From positions 367,724-431,723 of the forward strand of contig CAVQEG010000001.1 in the NCBI GenBank assembly GCA_963711465.1: DNA of 64,000 bases. Reading direction: 5' to 3'. Origin of the DNA: Chlorobiota bacterium. GTDB lineage: Bacteria > Bacteroidota > Ignavibacteria > OLB7. Below the pieces are notes generated by a model that saw nothing but the letters and a program-made list of their open reading frames with translations, did not search any database and was not told the origin of the DNA. Made by a program: the position numbers and the translations under genes. Every line of letters starts with the position of its first letter. Position 1 is the first letter of the stretch. This document shows, piece after piece, positions 16,586 to 26,782 of the stretch.

Positions 16586-18757
16586 TCATAGATTCAGTTG
16601 CAGTTCGAGCAACGCCGTTGCCGACGTCGGTCCGTCGATCTGCTGATCGCTGCCGGGACTGATGACTCGTCGGTCGGTATATGAGATCACTGACACGCCG
16701 GCCGAACAGCGGACGATTTCGCCGATGCTCAGCGAACCGTATGCCGATGCCACCAATCCCTCTCCCGACAGCGTGACCAGTCGCAGATGATCCGGAAGAT
16801 CGCGGATCGCGCGATAGAGGGCCGCGTCGAATCCGTCGACGCGGAAGATTGTCGCACTGAGAGCGGCGTCGAACCGCGACATTGAGCGGAAGCGACAGTC
16901 AATGCCAAGCAGCGAACCGCCGACCGAGGCGCCTGCGCCCGTAGTTGCTGCAAAGGACCGCTCCACTCGTCCGCGGATTCGTGTCGAGCCGGTGGGGGAC
17001 TCCCAGTCGATGACGAGTCTTCCGTCGGTCCTCGTCGCGTCGACGACCGTTTCGGATTCGACCGAGGACGCCGCGCGGTCCCACTTCGACGTCGTCCGCA
17101 ATCGGCCGCTGAGCAGCGTTACCTCCGTTGGCTGCCAGGTGATCTCGCACCCGGCGTGTGAGTCGGTCGTCGGAAAGTCGACCGTGTAGGAGCCGTCCGG
17201 ATGGTGTTCGAGGTCAAGCCACGCCTGAACGCGAATCGCGTTCGTGACGGGCGCCCGGACCTCAGCGTGCATCGACGCGACCGGATCCGGGTCGATCTGC
17301 GATTCGACTCCACCGGCATGCGGCGAGGCGAATTCAGCGGTGCGGAGGAACGCGCTAACGCCGACGCGAACCGATCCTGCACTCGCATTCGCTGTACCCG
17401 TTGCGGCGGCGCCGCCGGCGGATGATGCAGCGACTTCAGCGGTCGTCGTGACGTCGGAAACGTCCGCTCTGGCGTCGAACCCCGCCACCCCGACGGTTCG
17501 CAGGGTTGCTCCCGACTGCAGTCGGACGTCGTGATCGAAGTGGCAAATATACCCGCTGCCGCCAAGTGCGATCGACCGCCCGCGCCAATCGAGCCGGGTT
17601 CCGATCAACCGCTCGTTCACCACTGCGAGTCGCCGGATGTCCGCATGCGTACGGTGGTTGCCGTCCGAGGCGAACGATGTGACAGTCCCGGGTGTGCCAT
17701 CGCCACCGACGTCGCCGTCGACCGAGGCATCGACCATCCGGCTCGAGGCGAAGACCGCTGCGGCTGCCCGTCGAGAACCTCGCTGCCACACCGATTCGGC
17801 GGCGATACCCCGCAGATATCCGACTTCGGCTGCGGTCGTGCGGGGTGTGAGCCGAATCGCATGTTGCCTCGACGACGATCCGGCATCGGCGGAGACCGAA
17901 CCCAGCACCAACCCCGCGCCCGCGCTGAGCCTGTAGTCCCCCAGGATTCCGACGAGCTGCGTGTGCCGACCGAGCGGCACGCGCGCCTGCAGACTTCCCG
18001 CGACCAATGCCACCACTCGAGCTATCGTCGGCTCAGACACAGATGTATCGACGCGCTCGAGCGACGAGTAGTCGTAGCCCACCGTGTCATCGATCGCGAT
18101 CGGTTCGCCCGCGTCCTTGTCGAACACAGCGGTGAGCGCAAGGGCAGCCGATTGGACATCGAGCACAGTCAGTATCGCCGTTGGCGACCCGAGGTATCTC
18201 GGACCGACGTCGACGGTGTCCGCTACCCCGGACGTGTCGGACAACGCCGGCAGAATGCGGCGCAGCGTCGAACGGTAGCCGCGACGCTGCTCGAGGTCGC
18301 GCATGAGGCGAACGCTCAGCCGTGTCCGTATCGATCGCGCCCCGGAATCGGTTGCGGGTCCGATTCGGCTCGCCACCTCGAGAACGCGCAGCTGCACGTC
18401 GGTGATGATACCTTCGTCGCGAAGCGACCGGAGGCTTTCGATGCCTGCGGAATCGATTCGCATGCGGACGGCCTGCGCAGTGGCGGGATCCAGCCCGGGC
18501 AGATCGGCAAGTTCATCGACCGATGCGTCGCGCAGATCGATCCGGGCCGCCGCAAGCCTTCGAAGCCGATCGAGCAACTCGTCGGCGTCGACAGTGCCGT
18601 CGGGCTGTCCTTCGATGAACCGCTGGACGATGTCGGCGAGGATCTCATCGGTTGCGCCCGTCTGTGCGGCCGCTACCCGCACCGACGAAATCAGCGCGAG
18701 GACGCACACCGCACACAGAGTCCACGTGCGGGATGGGGAGACTGAATGCGTTCTCAT
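16586..18757 (-). CDS. Secreted helix-hairpin-helix (ComEA-like HhH) domain protein with a large beta-rich C-terminal region; function unknown
   Basis: It has a signal peptide ending VAAAQ and two HhH-like motifs (IDLRDASVDELADLPGLDPATAQAVRMRI; SLRSLRDEGIITDVQLRVL). About 580 aa follow with the alternating-polarity pattern typical of beta-strands, ending LLELQLNL. Confidence 0.7.
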   Translation of the reverse strand: MRTHSVSPSRTWTLCAVCVLALISSVRVAAAQTGATDEILADIVQRFIEGQPDGTVDADELLDRLRRLAAARIDLRDASVDELADLPGLDPATAQAVRMRIDSAGIESLRSLRDEGIITDVQLRVLEVASRIGPATDSGARSIRTRLSVRLMRDLEQRRGYRSTLRRILPALSDTSGVADTVDVGPRYLGSPTAILTVLDVQSAALALTAVFDKDAGEPIAIDDTVGYDYSSLERVDTSVSEPTIARVVALVAGSLQARVPLGRHTQLVGILGDYRLSAGAGLVLGSVSADAGSSSRQHAIRLTPRTTAAEVGYLRGIAAESVWQRGSRRAAAAVFASSRMVDASVDGDVGGDGTPGTVTSFASDGNHRTHADIRRLAVVNERLIGTRLDWRGRSIALGGSGYICHFDHDVRLQSGATLRTVGVAGFDARADVSDVTTTAEVAASSAGGAAATGTANASAGSVRVGVSAFLRTAEFASPHAGGVESQIDPDPVASMHAEVRAPVTNAIRVQAWLDLEHHPDGSYTVDFPTTDSHAGCEITWQPTEVTLLSGRLRTTSKWDRAASSVESETVVDATRTDGRLVIDWESPTGSTRIRGRVERSFAATTGAGASVGGSLLGIDCRFRSMSRFDAALSATIFRVDGFDAALYRAIRDLPDHLRLVTLSGEGLVASAYGSLSIGEIVRCSAGVSVISYTDRRVISPGSDQQIDGPTSATALLELQLNL

Positions 18758-19638
18758 GGGTCGGCGGTGATGGTTGCGGGAACATCGAATCGAACGGCGA
18801 TTGACTCACGAATTCCGACTTCGCTCGACCAGCGTGCCGCTACGTCGACATCCAGATGATCCGGGCACCTGACTGTCGCTCCGAGCGCTATGGCCGCCGG
18901 ACCGCTCGACAGGCTGCCGAGGATGGCGACTCCATCGGCGATGGCAGTTGACAGTCCGAGGGATGTGGCGATGATGCGTCCCGGCGCTGCCATGACATCG
19001 AGAGAACCGATCGTTCGATCGCCGAGATCGGCCGCTGTTCCGAGCGACAGGCAACGTGGTGGTGCGTCGCCGTCATCGGTCCGACCGAGCAGATTCGCAA
19101 GTGCCGCACCGAGCGCGACGGTCGGACTCAGATGGGCGAGGACTCCGACGTCGACGCGAGGCAGGAACGTCGAGCCATAGTGATCGATGGCGATCGTTCT
19201 GACTCCGAGCGTCACGCCCGCGCACATGCTGCGGGTAACTGTGTAGGCGACATGAACGTTCGCCTCGATCCGTCGATAGGGGCCGGTCGTCAGCCCGGTC
19301 AGTGACGCACCGAATCGGCACCGATCGATGGCGGGAAGTGAAATTGCGGCAGCGATCGCGGTAAGATCGACGCTCGCGAGCGCGCCCGGACACGCAGCGG
19401 CCACTGCACTCAACGAATCTCCGACGAGCGCCGGATTGGCGATGGCCAGTTCCGCAATCGACGTCCGGGCATGCACCGCGCCCCCCAGCGCGAGCAGTAC
19501 GGGACTCGGTGCCGGGACGACCTGTGCCGTTGCCTGCACAGCCGTCAGTGCGACGAGACCGAGGGCTACGACGGCAGCGAACCAGTGCTTCCGGTGACGG
19601 AGAATCGCCGAGCGTGAGGGTGAATTCAAACGTCCCAT
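18754..19638 (-). CDS. Hypothetical secreted or outer-membrane beta-barrel-like protein, translationally coupled to the HhH protein
   Basis: The 294-aa ORF has the signal peptide WFAAVVALGLVALTAVQATAQ. It is Gly/Ala/Thr-rich with an alternating pattern. Its stop overlaps the downstream gene start by 4 nt (18754-18757). Confidence 0.6.
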   Translation of the reverse strand: MGRLNSPSRSAILRHRKHWFAAVVALGLVALTAVQATAQVVPAPSPVLLALGGAVHARTSIAELAIANPALVGDSLSAVAAACPGALASVDLTAIAAAISLPAIDRCRFGASLTGLTTGPYRRIEANVHVAYTVTRSMCAGVTLGVRTIAIDHYGSTFLPRVDVGVLAHLSPTVALGAALANLLGRTDDGDAPPRCLSLGTAADLGDRTIGSLDVMAAPGRIIATSLGLSTAIADGVAILGSLSSGPAAIALGATVRCPDHLDVDVAARWSSEVGIRESIAVRFDVPATITADP

Positions 19639-19919
19639 TTGACGCGCGCGGGGCGCCCCAACGAGGAGCGACGGTGAATGATCCGCGGTGCGTGGTGGTG
19701 TCTGTGCAGAGTAGCGAATCGCCCGGCTCTGCGCAAGTTGCCGACGAGCGGACGACCCGCTTCATCGGTGAACCCCTGTGGTTTCGTAGGTTTCGAATTC
19801 AACGCCGAATGGGTTACCAGCGTCTGTTACCGTGGTCGCGCGATCGGTGCGCGGGCCGCAAACCATCCGGAATCTCGTCCGCGCGGTGCCGTACATGCCG
19901 CGCCACACATTGCTTCGCT

Positions 19920-20831
19920 ATGAACACACGATCCATGCTCCCCGCCGCCGTTGCACTCGTGCTCACGATTGCCACGCATTCGGCGAGGGCCCAGGAAATC
20001 GACGCGTCGGTTTCGGTCAACACCGACAAACTGTCGACGTCGGCACAGAACGAACTCGCCGGATTTGGCGACGAACTCGAGCGGTATCTCAATACGACTC
20101 AGTTCACGACATCGGAGTGGGAGGGACCGAAGGTGAAGATGAATTTCAACGTCATCTTCACAGGCGAATCTCCCGACGGCGTCTACAGTGCGCAGTTGGT
20201 CGTCGGCAGTCAGCGCGATATCTATGAGTCGGAGGACAAGTCGCCGATGATGAAGCTTCTCGACGACAGCTGGTCGTTCCGCTACGCACGTAATCAACCG
20301 TTCTATCAGGAGACGGCGAGTTACGACGAACTGACCGGACTGGTCGACTTCTATGTCTACGTGGCGCTCGGTCTGGACCTGGATTCCTATGACTTTCAGG
20401 GTGGTGCGCCCATGTACGATCGGGCGCGTCAGATCGCCAATCGTGCCACGATTCGCAATGACATTCCGGGGTGGTCCACCGACGTCCAGGGTGGAAAGTA
20501 TTCACGGTATGGACTGATCACGGAACTGACTAATCTTCGCTACCTCCCGATTCGCCGGTTCATTTACGACTATCATTACAATGGTCTCGATCTCCTGTCA
20601 AAGGACCGTGCGGCGGCGCTGGATTCAATGAGCACGTATGTAGGGCACCTGGTGGTGGCGATCGATCATCTGGTCGAGCCGAGCACGCTGGTTCGGATGC
20701 TGGCCGAGGCGAAGAACGTCGAGTTCGCAACTGAATTCCGTGGATACGACGATCCTCAGATCTGGCGCGCGCTCATGTACATCGATCCCGGTCACGCTTC
20801 GAAATACGAAGCTGCGCGAGACGCACGGTAG
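19920..20831 (+). CDS. DUF4835-family protein (Bacteroidota-type, linked to T9SS-containing lineages)
   Basis: The start is trimmed to MNTRSMLPAAVALVLTIATHSARAQE. The sequence follows the DUF4835 pattern as I remember it. That pattern is AQE(l/i)...V.VN, then W..FRY, then FYVYVALGLDLDSYDFQGGAPMYDRARQIANRA, then GW, then YSRYGLITEL and IYDYHYNGLDLL. Confidence 0.75.
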   Translation: MNTRSMLPAAVALVLTIATHSARAQEIDASVSVNTDKLSTSAQNELAGFGDELERYLNTTQFTTSEWEGPKVKMNFNVIFTGESPDGVYSAQLVVGSQRDIYESEDKSPMMKLLDDSWSFRYARNQPFYQETASYDELTGLVDFYVYVALGLDLDSYDFQGGAPMYDRARQIANRATIRNDIPGWSTDVQGGKYSRYGLITELTNLRYLPIRRFIYDYHYNGLDLLSKDRAAALDSMSTYVGHLVVAIDHLVEPSTLVRMLAEAKNVEFATEFRGYDDPQIWRALMYIDPGHASKYEAARDAR

Positions 20832-20865
20832 CTCTCAGGCAGTCACACGCGATTTGGCAGTACGC

Positions 20866-20902
20866 AACGGCCCCGATGCGTTCTTCGCATCGGGGCCGTT
20901 TT
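20866..20902 (+). terminator. Intrinsic terminator hairpin between the convergent DUF4835 and S8 protease genes
   Basis: The sequence AACGGCCCCGATGCG-ttctt-CGCATCGGGGCCGTT forms a 15-bp perfect stem. It is followed by TTGATT, which is only a short U-tract. Confidence 0.7.
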
Positions 20903-20918
20903 GATTCGATTCAGCAAT

Positions 20919-23819
20919 TCATCTGGACCCGGTTACTTTCGAAACCTTTCCGTCGATTGTGAAGTCCGGACCCGCAATGCGGTACAGGTATGCGCCGTCG
21001 GCAAGATCGCTGCCGTCCACGGCGATACTGTGGCCGCCGGCGGGCAGATGCATCCGACGTGTCGGCAACGCGCGACGTCCGTTGGGATCGTATATGTCGA
21101 GCCGGACCGTTGCTGCCGAAGCTGTACGGAATTCGATCGTGAACGACTGTGCAAATGGATTCGGCCAGACGTGGCTGCTCAACAGTTGTCTGCGCACCGC
21201 GTGCGTCTGCGGTTCAATACCAGTCAACGGTTGGTACCACACACGGTCGTTGACGATGGTGGCGCGAAGCGAATCCAGATCGCTGGCCGCTGCAAGCACG
21301 AACGCGACTCGAACCGAATCGCCGCCTTCAAGGGAAATTCCACTCGCGCCAATGATCATGCTGGCATCGCTCACCGGCGGCTGATCGGTCGAAATGCCGC
21401 CCGAGAGAATTGCCCACTTCTCCTCCGGCGTAAAGCCGACCGTGATATCGTATCGCGGATCGTATTGATCGAGTGGCGTGTAGGAAAGCGGTTGCGGCGT
21501 CAGCAGCGCGGCTCCCACCACCGGTTGCGTTTCATCGACATTGTGGACGTAGCCAATTGCCGTCTGGGAATCGAAGGATGCCTGGTCGCCGGCCCCGTCG
21601 ACGCCGACGTCCCAGTCGAGGTAAAGGCCGCAGTGAAGACCCTCGATCCGCGCACCACTGACGTTCTTGATGGTGTATTCGGCAATGACTGAATTGTCGG
21701 CACCCAAGGCCTTGAATTCATACGTGTGCATGGCAACCTCCACGCCGACTCTGCGATCGGCCGGTTGGTGCAGGTCGTCGAAACGAGCTGATCCTACCTG
21801 GAGGTTGGCAGCCGAATCCATGTGAAGTCGGTACGGCGCCACCAGTTCGAAGCCATGTGCCGTCCCGCTTGAAATTGAACCCACCCGAACGACATCGGAC
21901 AGATGCGCGGAATCCGTGGCGATGATCAGTCCGCCGTGAAAGAGAAAGTTGCGGCCTCCGTTCCAAAGAAATCCATCGCCCTGCCCGTTGCCGATTCCAT
22001 TGAAGGCGATGTTTCCGATGCTGTTGAAAGTGGCGGTTATGTCGTTGTGGTCCGTCGAAAGCCAGGTGGGATTTGCCCTGAGCTCGATCATCGTGGTCGT
22101 CTGATGGTCATCGGTGTACACATTGACGCGGAATCGGAGCGTCGCATCGGGATCGAGATTCGACGGAAGTGTGAATTCAAACGTTCCGTCGGACGTCGTG
22201 CGCGTCTCGCCGGTCGCCATTGAATTCATGGTGACCGAGGGACCGTCGATCACGAGACCGGGGTCGCTCTCAGGAATCATCTCCACGACGACGGCATCAC
22301 TGGCGGCTAGCAGATTCGTTACGTCGAGTTCTACCCGCACGTGTTCACCGGGATCGAGAACACCATCGGAATTGGCATCGACCACGCGATAGTCGGTTAC
22401 GCGTGCGGAGGCGATGCTGCTGCCGGTCGTGACGGCCCGCGCGACGTTGAGTCGGCCGTCACCCATGCCATCGGCGTAGGCGGAATTAATCGAGGAAATG
22501 TCATCCGACGTCGCCCGGAGCACCTCGCGTGTCTGTGCAGCACTGAGATTCGGAAACGCCGCGCGAACGAGTGCAGCGCCCCCGCTGGCGACGCCTGTGG
22601 CGTGCGAGGTTCCCTGTTCGAACGCGTACCCGTTGAATGCAGCCGTCGTATAGATGTCGCGCCCGGGGGCGGAGATTCCGACCCGCGAATTGTAGTTGCT
22701 GAAATCGCTCTTGGTATCGCCGTTGTCCACACTGGCCACCGAGAGCACGCCCCGGTAGCTCGCCGGATATACGAATGAACGTTCGCCGTCATTGCCGGCG
22801 GCAGCGACGACGACGGCGTCGTACTGATTGGTGACGACGTCGATCACTTCCTGCTGGGCGCGCGAGTATGCGCCGCCTCCCCAGCTGCAATTGATCACGC
22901 GTGCACCCATGGTTGCCGCGTAGAGTATTCCGTCGAAGCCACCTGGCAGCGCGGGATCACGTCCGTCCTCGGCACCCTTGACAGCCATGAGGCGTACGCC
23001 CCAGGCAACTCCGGCGATGCCGATCCCGTTGTTCCCGGTCGCGCCGACGATCCCTGCGATCTCGGTACCATGGGATTCTCCCGCCATGCTGGGATCGTTG
23101 TCGGGAGAGTGTCCGTCGGAGCCGGCGAAGTCGTATCCCCACCAGTCGTCGACCAACCCGTTCCCGTCGTCGTCGATGCCATTGGTCCGCTTGTCGTTCC
23201 CGTGGGCGTCGCTACCCGTCTCGCCCGGATTGTTCCAGATAGCCGAAGCAAGGTCGGGGTGGAGTTTGTCGATTCCGGTGTCGACGATCGCGACGATCAT
23301 CGTGCTGTCGGCTCGCACGTGCTCCCAGGCGGTCGGGGCCCCGATGCGGTCGAGGTACCACTGCTGGGCGAGGTATTCATCGTCGGTCGAATACATCAGA
23401 TGCGGAAGGAAGACGGGCTCAGCATAGTCGATGCCTCGAAGCCGTGTGACGAGCGCAGCTGCGACCTCCGGTCGCAGCGGACGGGTATACTCGATGACGT
23501 AGATCCGTCGGAGGCCGGCGAGGGAAGCGCCATTGCGTGAACCGATCACTCGGTATCGGGTCGATGACTGCCGCATGGCGGCGTCGATCATTGCGCGGTT
23601 CAGCCATGGCTGAATGGCGGTGACGTTCAGCCGGGCATCGAGTGCTGCGCGGAGGTCCTGTCCGATGGCGTCGCCGTCCGGAAGCTGGTCAACCTTCGCC
23701 AGGATCATCCCCGGCGCCATTGCAGCTGCTGGTGCTCCCTGTGGTTTCGCGTCTGCGCGTGCGATACGCGCGGCACAGAGCATCAACAGGAGGAGAGATA
23801 GAATTCGGTACCGGTTCAT
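20919..23819 (-). CDS. Subtilisin-like serine protease (S8) with an N-terminal propeptide, a large C-terminal extension and a T9SS C-terminal sorting domain
   Basis: The start is trimmed to MNRYRILSLLLLMLCAARIARA. The catalytic triad motifs are VAIVDTGID, HGTEIAGIVGATGNNGIGIAGVA and GTSHATGVASG. The C-terminus WPNPFAQSFTIEFRTASAATVRLDIYDPNGRR...GAYLYRI...K matches T9SS CTDs. Confidence 0.9.
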   Translation of the reverse strand: MNRYRILSLLLLMLCAARIARADAKPQGAPAAAMAPGMILAKVDQLPDGDAIGQDLRAALDARLNVTAIQPWLNRAMIDAAMRQSSTRYRVIGSRNGASLAGLRRIYVIEYTRPLRPEVAAALVTRLRGIDYAEPVFLPHLMYSTDDEYLAQQWYLDRIGAPTAWEHVRADSTMIVAIVDTGIDKLHPDLASAIWNNPGETGSDAHGNDKRTNGIDDDGNGLVDDWWGYDFAGSDGHSPDNDPSMAGESHGTEIAGIVGATGNNGIGIAGVAWGVRLMAVKGAEDGRDPALPGGFDGILYAATMGARVINCSWGGGAYSRAQQEVIDVVTNQYDAVVVAAAGNDGERSFVYPASYRGVLSVASVDNGDTKSDFSNYNSRVGISAPGRDIYTTAAFNGYAFEQGTSHATGVASGGAALVRAAFPNLSAAQTREVLRATSDDISSINSAYADGMGDGRLNVARAVTTGSSIASARVTDYRVVDANSDGVLDPGEHVRVELDVTNLLAASDAVVVEMIPESDPGLVIDGPSVTMNSMATGETRTTSDGTFEFTLPSNLDPDATLRFRVNVYTDDHQTTTMIELRANPTWLSTDHNDITATFNSIGNIAFNGIGNGQGDGFLWNGGRNFLFHGGLIIATDSAHLSDVVRVGSISSGTAHGFELVAPYRLHMDSAANLQVGSARFDDLHQPADRRVGVEVAMHTYEFKALGADNSVIAEYTIKNVSGARIEGLHCGLYLDWDVGVDGAGDQASFDSQTAIGYVHNVDETQPVVGAALLTPQPLSYTPLDQYDPRYDITVGFTPEEKWAILSGGISTDQPPVSDASMIIGASGISLEGGDSVRVAFVLAAASDLDSLRATIVNDRVWYQPLTGIEPQTHAVRRQLLSSHVWPNPFAQSFTIEFRTASAATVRLDIYDPNGRRALPTRRMHLPAGGHSIAVDGSDLADGAYLYRIAGPDFTIDGKVSKVTGSR

Positions 23820-23881
23820 CGAAAAAATGGTCGCTGGTATGGTGTCGGGTGATCGTCGCCAGCGCGGTCGGGCAGCGCATG

Positions 23882-26782
23882 TCACCTGGAACCCGACTGC
23901 ATGATTTTGACGGTTCGGCGCTCGCCGGCCGAACGCAGTCTGACGAAGTAGATCGCCGACTGACGCACTGGTGGAGCGAACGTCGTCGAGTACGATCCGC
24001 GCGGAAGGTCGCGATCGACGAGTACCGCGATGTGCCGCCCGAGAGCGTCGAAGACGTCGATCACCGTGTGCGCATCGGATGGAACCTCGAAGTCGATGCG
24101 CGTCGACCCTGCGAACGGATCGGGTCGTCCGCCGGAGAGTGCGAGTGATGACGGAAGCTCGATCGGGCCGCCCGCTCGTCCTCCGCTTCGTTCGAACGCG
24201 CCTCGAACGGCGCTGGCGGCGGCAGCGAGATCTGCGTCGGACGATCCGGCGATCATTGCCAGGGCGACCGTCGTGTCCTCGCCCGCGCGGAGTGCGATCG
24301 GTCCCGCACCAATCGCCATCGACGCGTCGCCGATGGACGAGCGATCACGTTCGACGCCGCGGCTGATGGCCATCCACTTCTCCATCTCCGTGAAGCCACC
24401 GGCAAGCGGCTCGTCCACGTTGTCAAAGGCCGTGAAGTCGAGCGGCTGGTCACTGACGAGCATCAACGCCGCTCGTGGCAATGACACATCACGCACGCTG
24501 CTGATACGGCCGAGACGGTTGACAGGGTCGAACTCCACGAGGTCGCCGCTGCCGTCGGTACTGAGGTCCCAGTCGGCATACAGAGCGACGAACAGCGAAT
24601 CGAAATCGGTCTGCGAAGCATTAGTGATGCGGTATTGAAGCAGCAGTGCGCCGGCGTCGGCATCGACGGCCACGGGATGCGCCTCCAGTGAGACCCTCAC
24701 TCCAAGCGGCGCGGCGATGGTATCGACCGCATCGCCGAATTCGGCCGTCCCCACCACGGGTCCGGAAACGCCGTCAGGACGGACGCGGAAGGGACGCGTC
24801 GACGCCAGTCCCCGCGCCTGGCCCTGCGAGGTGTCACGGATGACGTTCGGAAGTCGATCCGGTCCGGTACCCAGAATCAGTCCGGCCTCGGCCAGCAGGT
24901 TGTCCGAGTGGTCGAAGTGGAATCCGATACCGCGCCGATCCCACGGAACGTCATCGAATCCGATGCGTCCGTCGCCGCCGATCGATACGCTCATGCGCTG
25001 GCTGCGGAGCGTGGCCCAGTTGGGGTTGATCGTCAGTTCGAGGCGCGTGGCACCGATGGTGTCAGAGCCATCGATCACCCAGACGTCGACGGGAACCAAT
25101 GCGTCGATCGGGCAGTCGGGACTGGCAGAGAGCAGGAGGGAATTCGAATCGATGGCGACTCTGTCACCGGAGGCGACGATCGCAATCGACGTGGACGATG
25201 ACGGCGCAGTGAGCCAGCGATGGTCCTCGGGATCGATATCGATGCGAAGGTCTTTGACATCTGTCAGTTCGTTGCGCAGCCACAGGCGCAGGGAAGCGCG
25301 TTCGCCAGGATCGATTGCACCGTCCCCGGAAGCGTCCACGACGGAGACGGAGTCGATGTCGATCAGCCGCGCGACGGTCGCGTTGCGGATGGCACGGTCG
25401 ATGTCCAATCGGCCGCTGCCGAGCAGGAGTCTGACGTCGGGATTCCGGTCGTCGATTCGGGTGGCGGTCGCGCGGAGGATTGCGCCAATCCTCTCCGGGG
25501 TGAGCGACGGAGACGTCGACTTCAGGAGTGCCGCAGCACCGGAGACGATGGCGGCGGCCATCGATGTCCCGCTGGATCGACCGTACCCGCTTCCGGTGGC
25601 AAATGCGATCGGTAGTGTCGCATAGATGTCGCTGCCCGGTGCCGAGATGTCGACGGTACTGCTGACGTTGGTGAAGGACGAGCGGACGTCGTTGCTCCCG
25701 ACCGACGCCACCGAGACGACACCGCGATATGCGGCGGGGTAGACGTCGACGTCGGCGGATTCGTTGCCGGCGGAGGCAACGACCAGTGAACCGAGCGACT
25801 CGGCGGCGTCGATGACCTGTTGCTCTGCGCGTGAATAGCCGGGACCGCCCCAGCTGCAATTGATGACCGCGGCGTGCATGGTCGCTGCGTACAGGATTCC
25901 GGAGAATCCATTTGAAAGAACGGGTATAGCGCTGGTGGCATCGTCGCTGATTTTCACCGGCATCAGCCGCACGCCCCAGGCCACGCCGGCGATTCCAGTT
26001 GCGTTGTTGCCGGTGGCACCGATCGTGCCTGCCACATGGGTACCATGCCAGTAGCCGGGCGAGGGATCGTTGTCAGGATGGTCGCCGTCGTTGCCGGCGA
26101 AGTCGTATCCGTGCCAGTCGTCGACCAGTCCGTTTCCATCGTCATCCACGCCGTTGGTTCGTCGATCGCGGCCGAGCGGGTCGCGACCGGATTCACCCGG
26201 ATTCGTCCAGATGGCCCCGCGCAGATCCGGATGCAGCATGTCGACTCCGGTGTCGACGACGGCAACGACCACCGAGGAGTCGCCGCGGGCGACGTCCCAG
26301 GCCTCGACGGCATGGATCCCCTCGAGGTACCACTGTTCTGCCGTACCGGGATCGTTCGTTCTGAAATGAAACCGCCGTGGGTGGACCACCTCGGCGAAGG
26401 CGATGCCGGGGAGGTTCCCGACGACAGCTGCGGCAAGGACTGGAGACAACGGGGCGGTGTAGTGCACACGGACGATCAGTCGAAGTCGATCGAGGGCGTT
26501 GGAACCGGACGCCACCTTTCTCGACTCCAGGTTCCGGAGTCCGGCGAGCAGGTGTGGGTCGAGGAAACTGGAAATCGAAGTGACCCGGAGACGATCGCGC
26601 ACGTGCCCCAGGGCCTCATACGCAGCGGCAGTCGGTTGATCCGTCTGAGCGGCCAATTCGACGGTGATAACGCCCGGGAGTGCCGTTGAATCGGTCGGGA
26701 ACGACTCAGCCTGACAGTAGAGGGTGGTCAACGTCAGGGCGGTGGTCAATGCCAGGAGAAATCTGGGCAGAATGGAATTCAT
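23882..26782 (-). CDS. Subtilisin-like serine protease (S8), a tandem paralog of the previous gene, with a T9SS C-terminal sorting domain
   Basis: It starts MNSILPRFLLALTTALTLTTLYCQA. The triad motifs are VAVVDTGVD, HGTHVAGTIGATGNNATGIAGVA and SGTSMAAAIVSGAAALL. The C-terminus is RPDPFAGSTRIDFEVPSDAHTVIDVFDALGRHIAVL...AIYFVRL...VKIM. The architecture is collinear with 20919..23819. Confidence 0.9.
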   Translation of the reverse strand: MNSILPRFLLALTTALTLTTLYCQAESFPTDSTALPGVITVELAAQTDQPTAAAYEALGHVRDRLRVTSISSFLDPHLLAGLRNLESRKVASGSNALDRLRLIVRVHYTAPLSPVLAAAVVGNLPGIAFAEVVHPRRFHFRTNDPGTAEQWYLEGIHAVEAWDVARGDSSVVVAVVDTGVDMLHPDLRGAIWTNPGESGRDPLGRDRRTNGVDDDGNGLVDDWHGYDFAGNDGDHPDNDPSPGYWHGTHVAGTIGATGNNATGIAGVAWGVRLMPVKISDDATSAIPVLSNGFSGILYAATMHAAVINCSWGGPGYSRAEQQVIDAAESLGSLVVASAGNESADVDVYPAAYRGVVSVASVGSNDVRSSFTNVSSTVDISAPGSDIYATLPIAFATGSGYGRSSGTSMAAAIVSGAAALLKSTSPSLTPERIGAILRATATRIDDRNPDVRLLLGSGRLDIDRAIRNATVARLIDIDSVSVVDASGDGAIDPGERASLRLWLRNELTDVKDLRIDIDPEDHRWLTAPSSSTSIAIVASGDRVAIDSNSLLLSASPDCPIDALVPVDVWVIDGSDTIGATRLELTINPNWATLRSQRMSVSIGGDGRIGFDDVPWDRRGIGFHFDHSDNLLAEAGLILGTGPDRLPNVIRDTSQGQARGLASTRPFRVRPDGVSGPVVGTAEFGDAVDTIAAPLGVRVSLEAHPVAVDADAGALLLQYRITNASQTDFDSLFVALYADWDLSTDGSGDLVEFDPVNRLGRISSVRDVSLPRAALMLVSDQPLDFTAFDNVDEPLAGGFTEMEKWMAISRGVERDRSSIGDASMAIGAGPIALRAGEDTTVALAMIAGSSDADLAAAASAVRGAFERSGGRAGGPIELPSSLALSGGRPDPFAGSTRIDFEVPSDAHTVIDVFDALGRHIAVLVDRDLPRGSYSTTFAPPVRQSAIYFVRLRSAGERRTVKIMQSGSR

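Noticed and set aside
17531-18745. A 404-aa plus-strand ORF lies antisense to the HhH protein gene.
   Set aside because: It has shadow-like Arg-rich composition. The minus-strand frame has a signal peptide, HhH motifs and translational coupling with the upstream gene.
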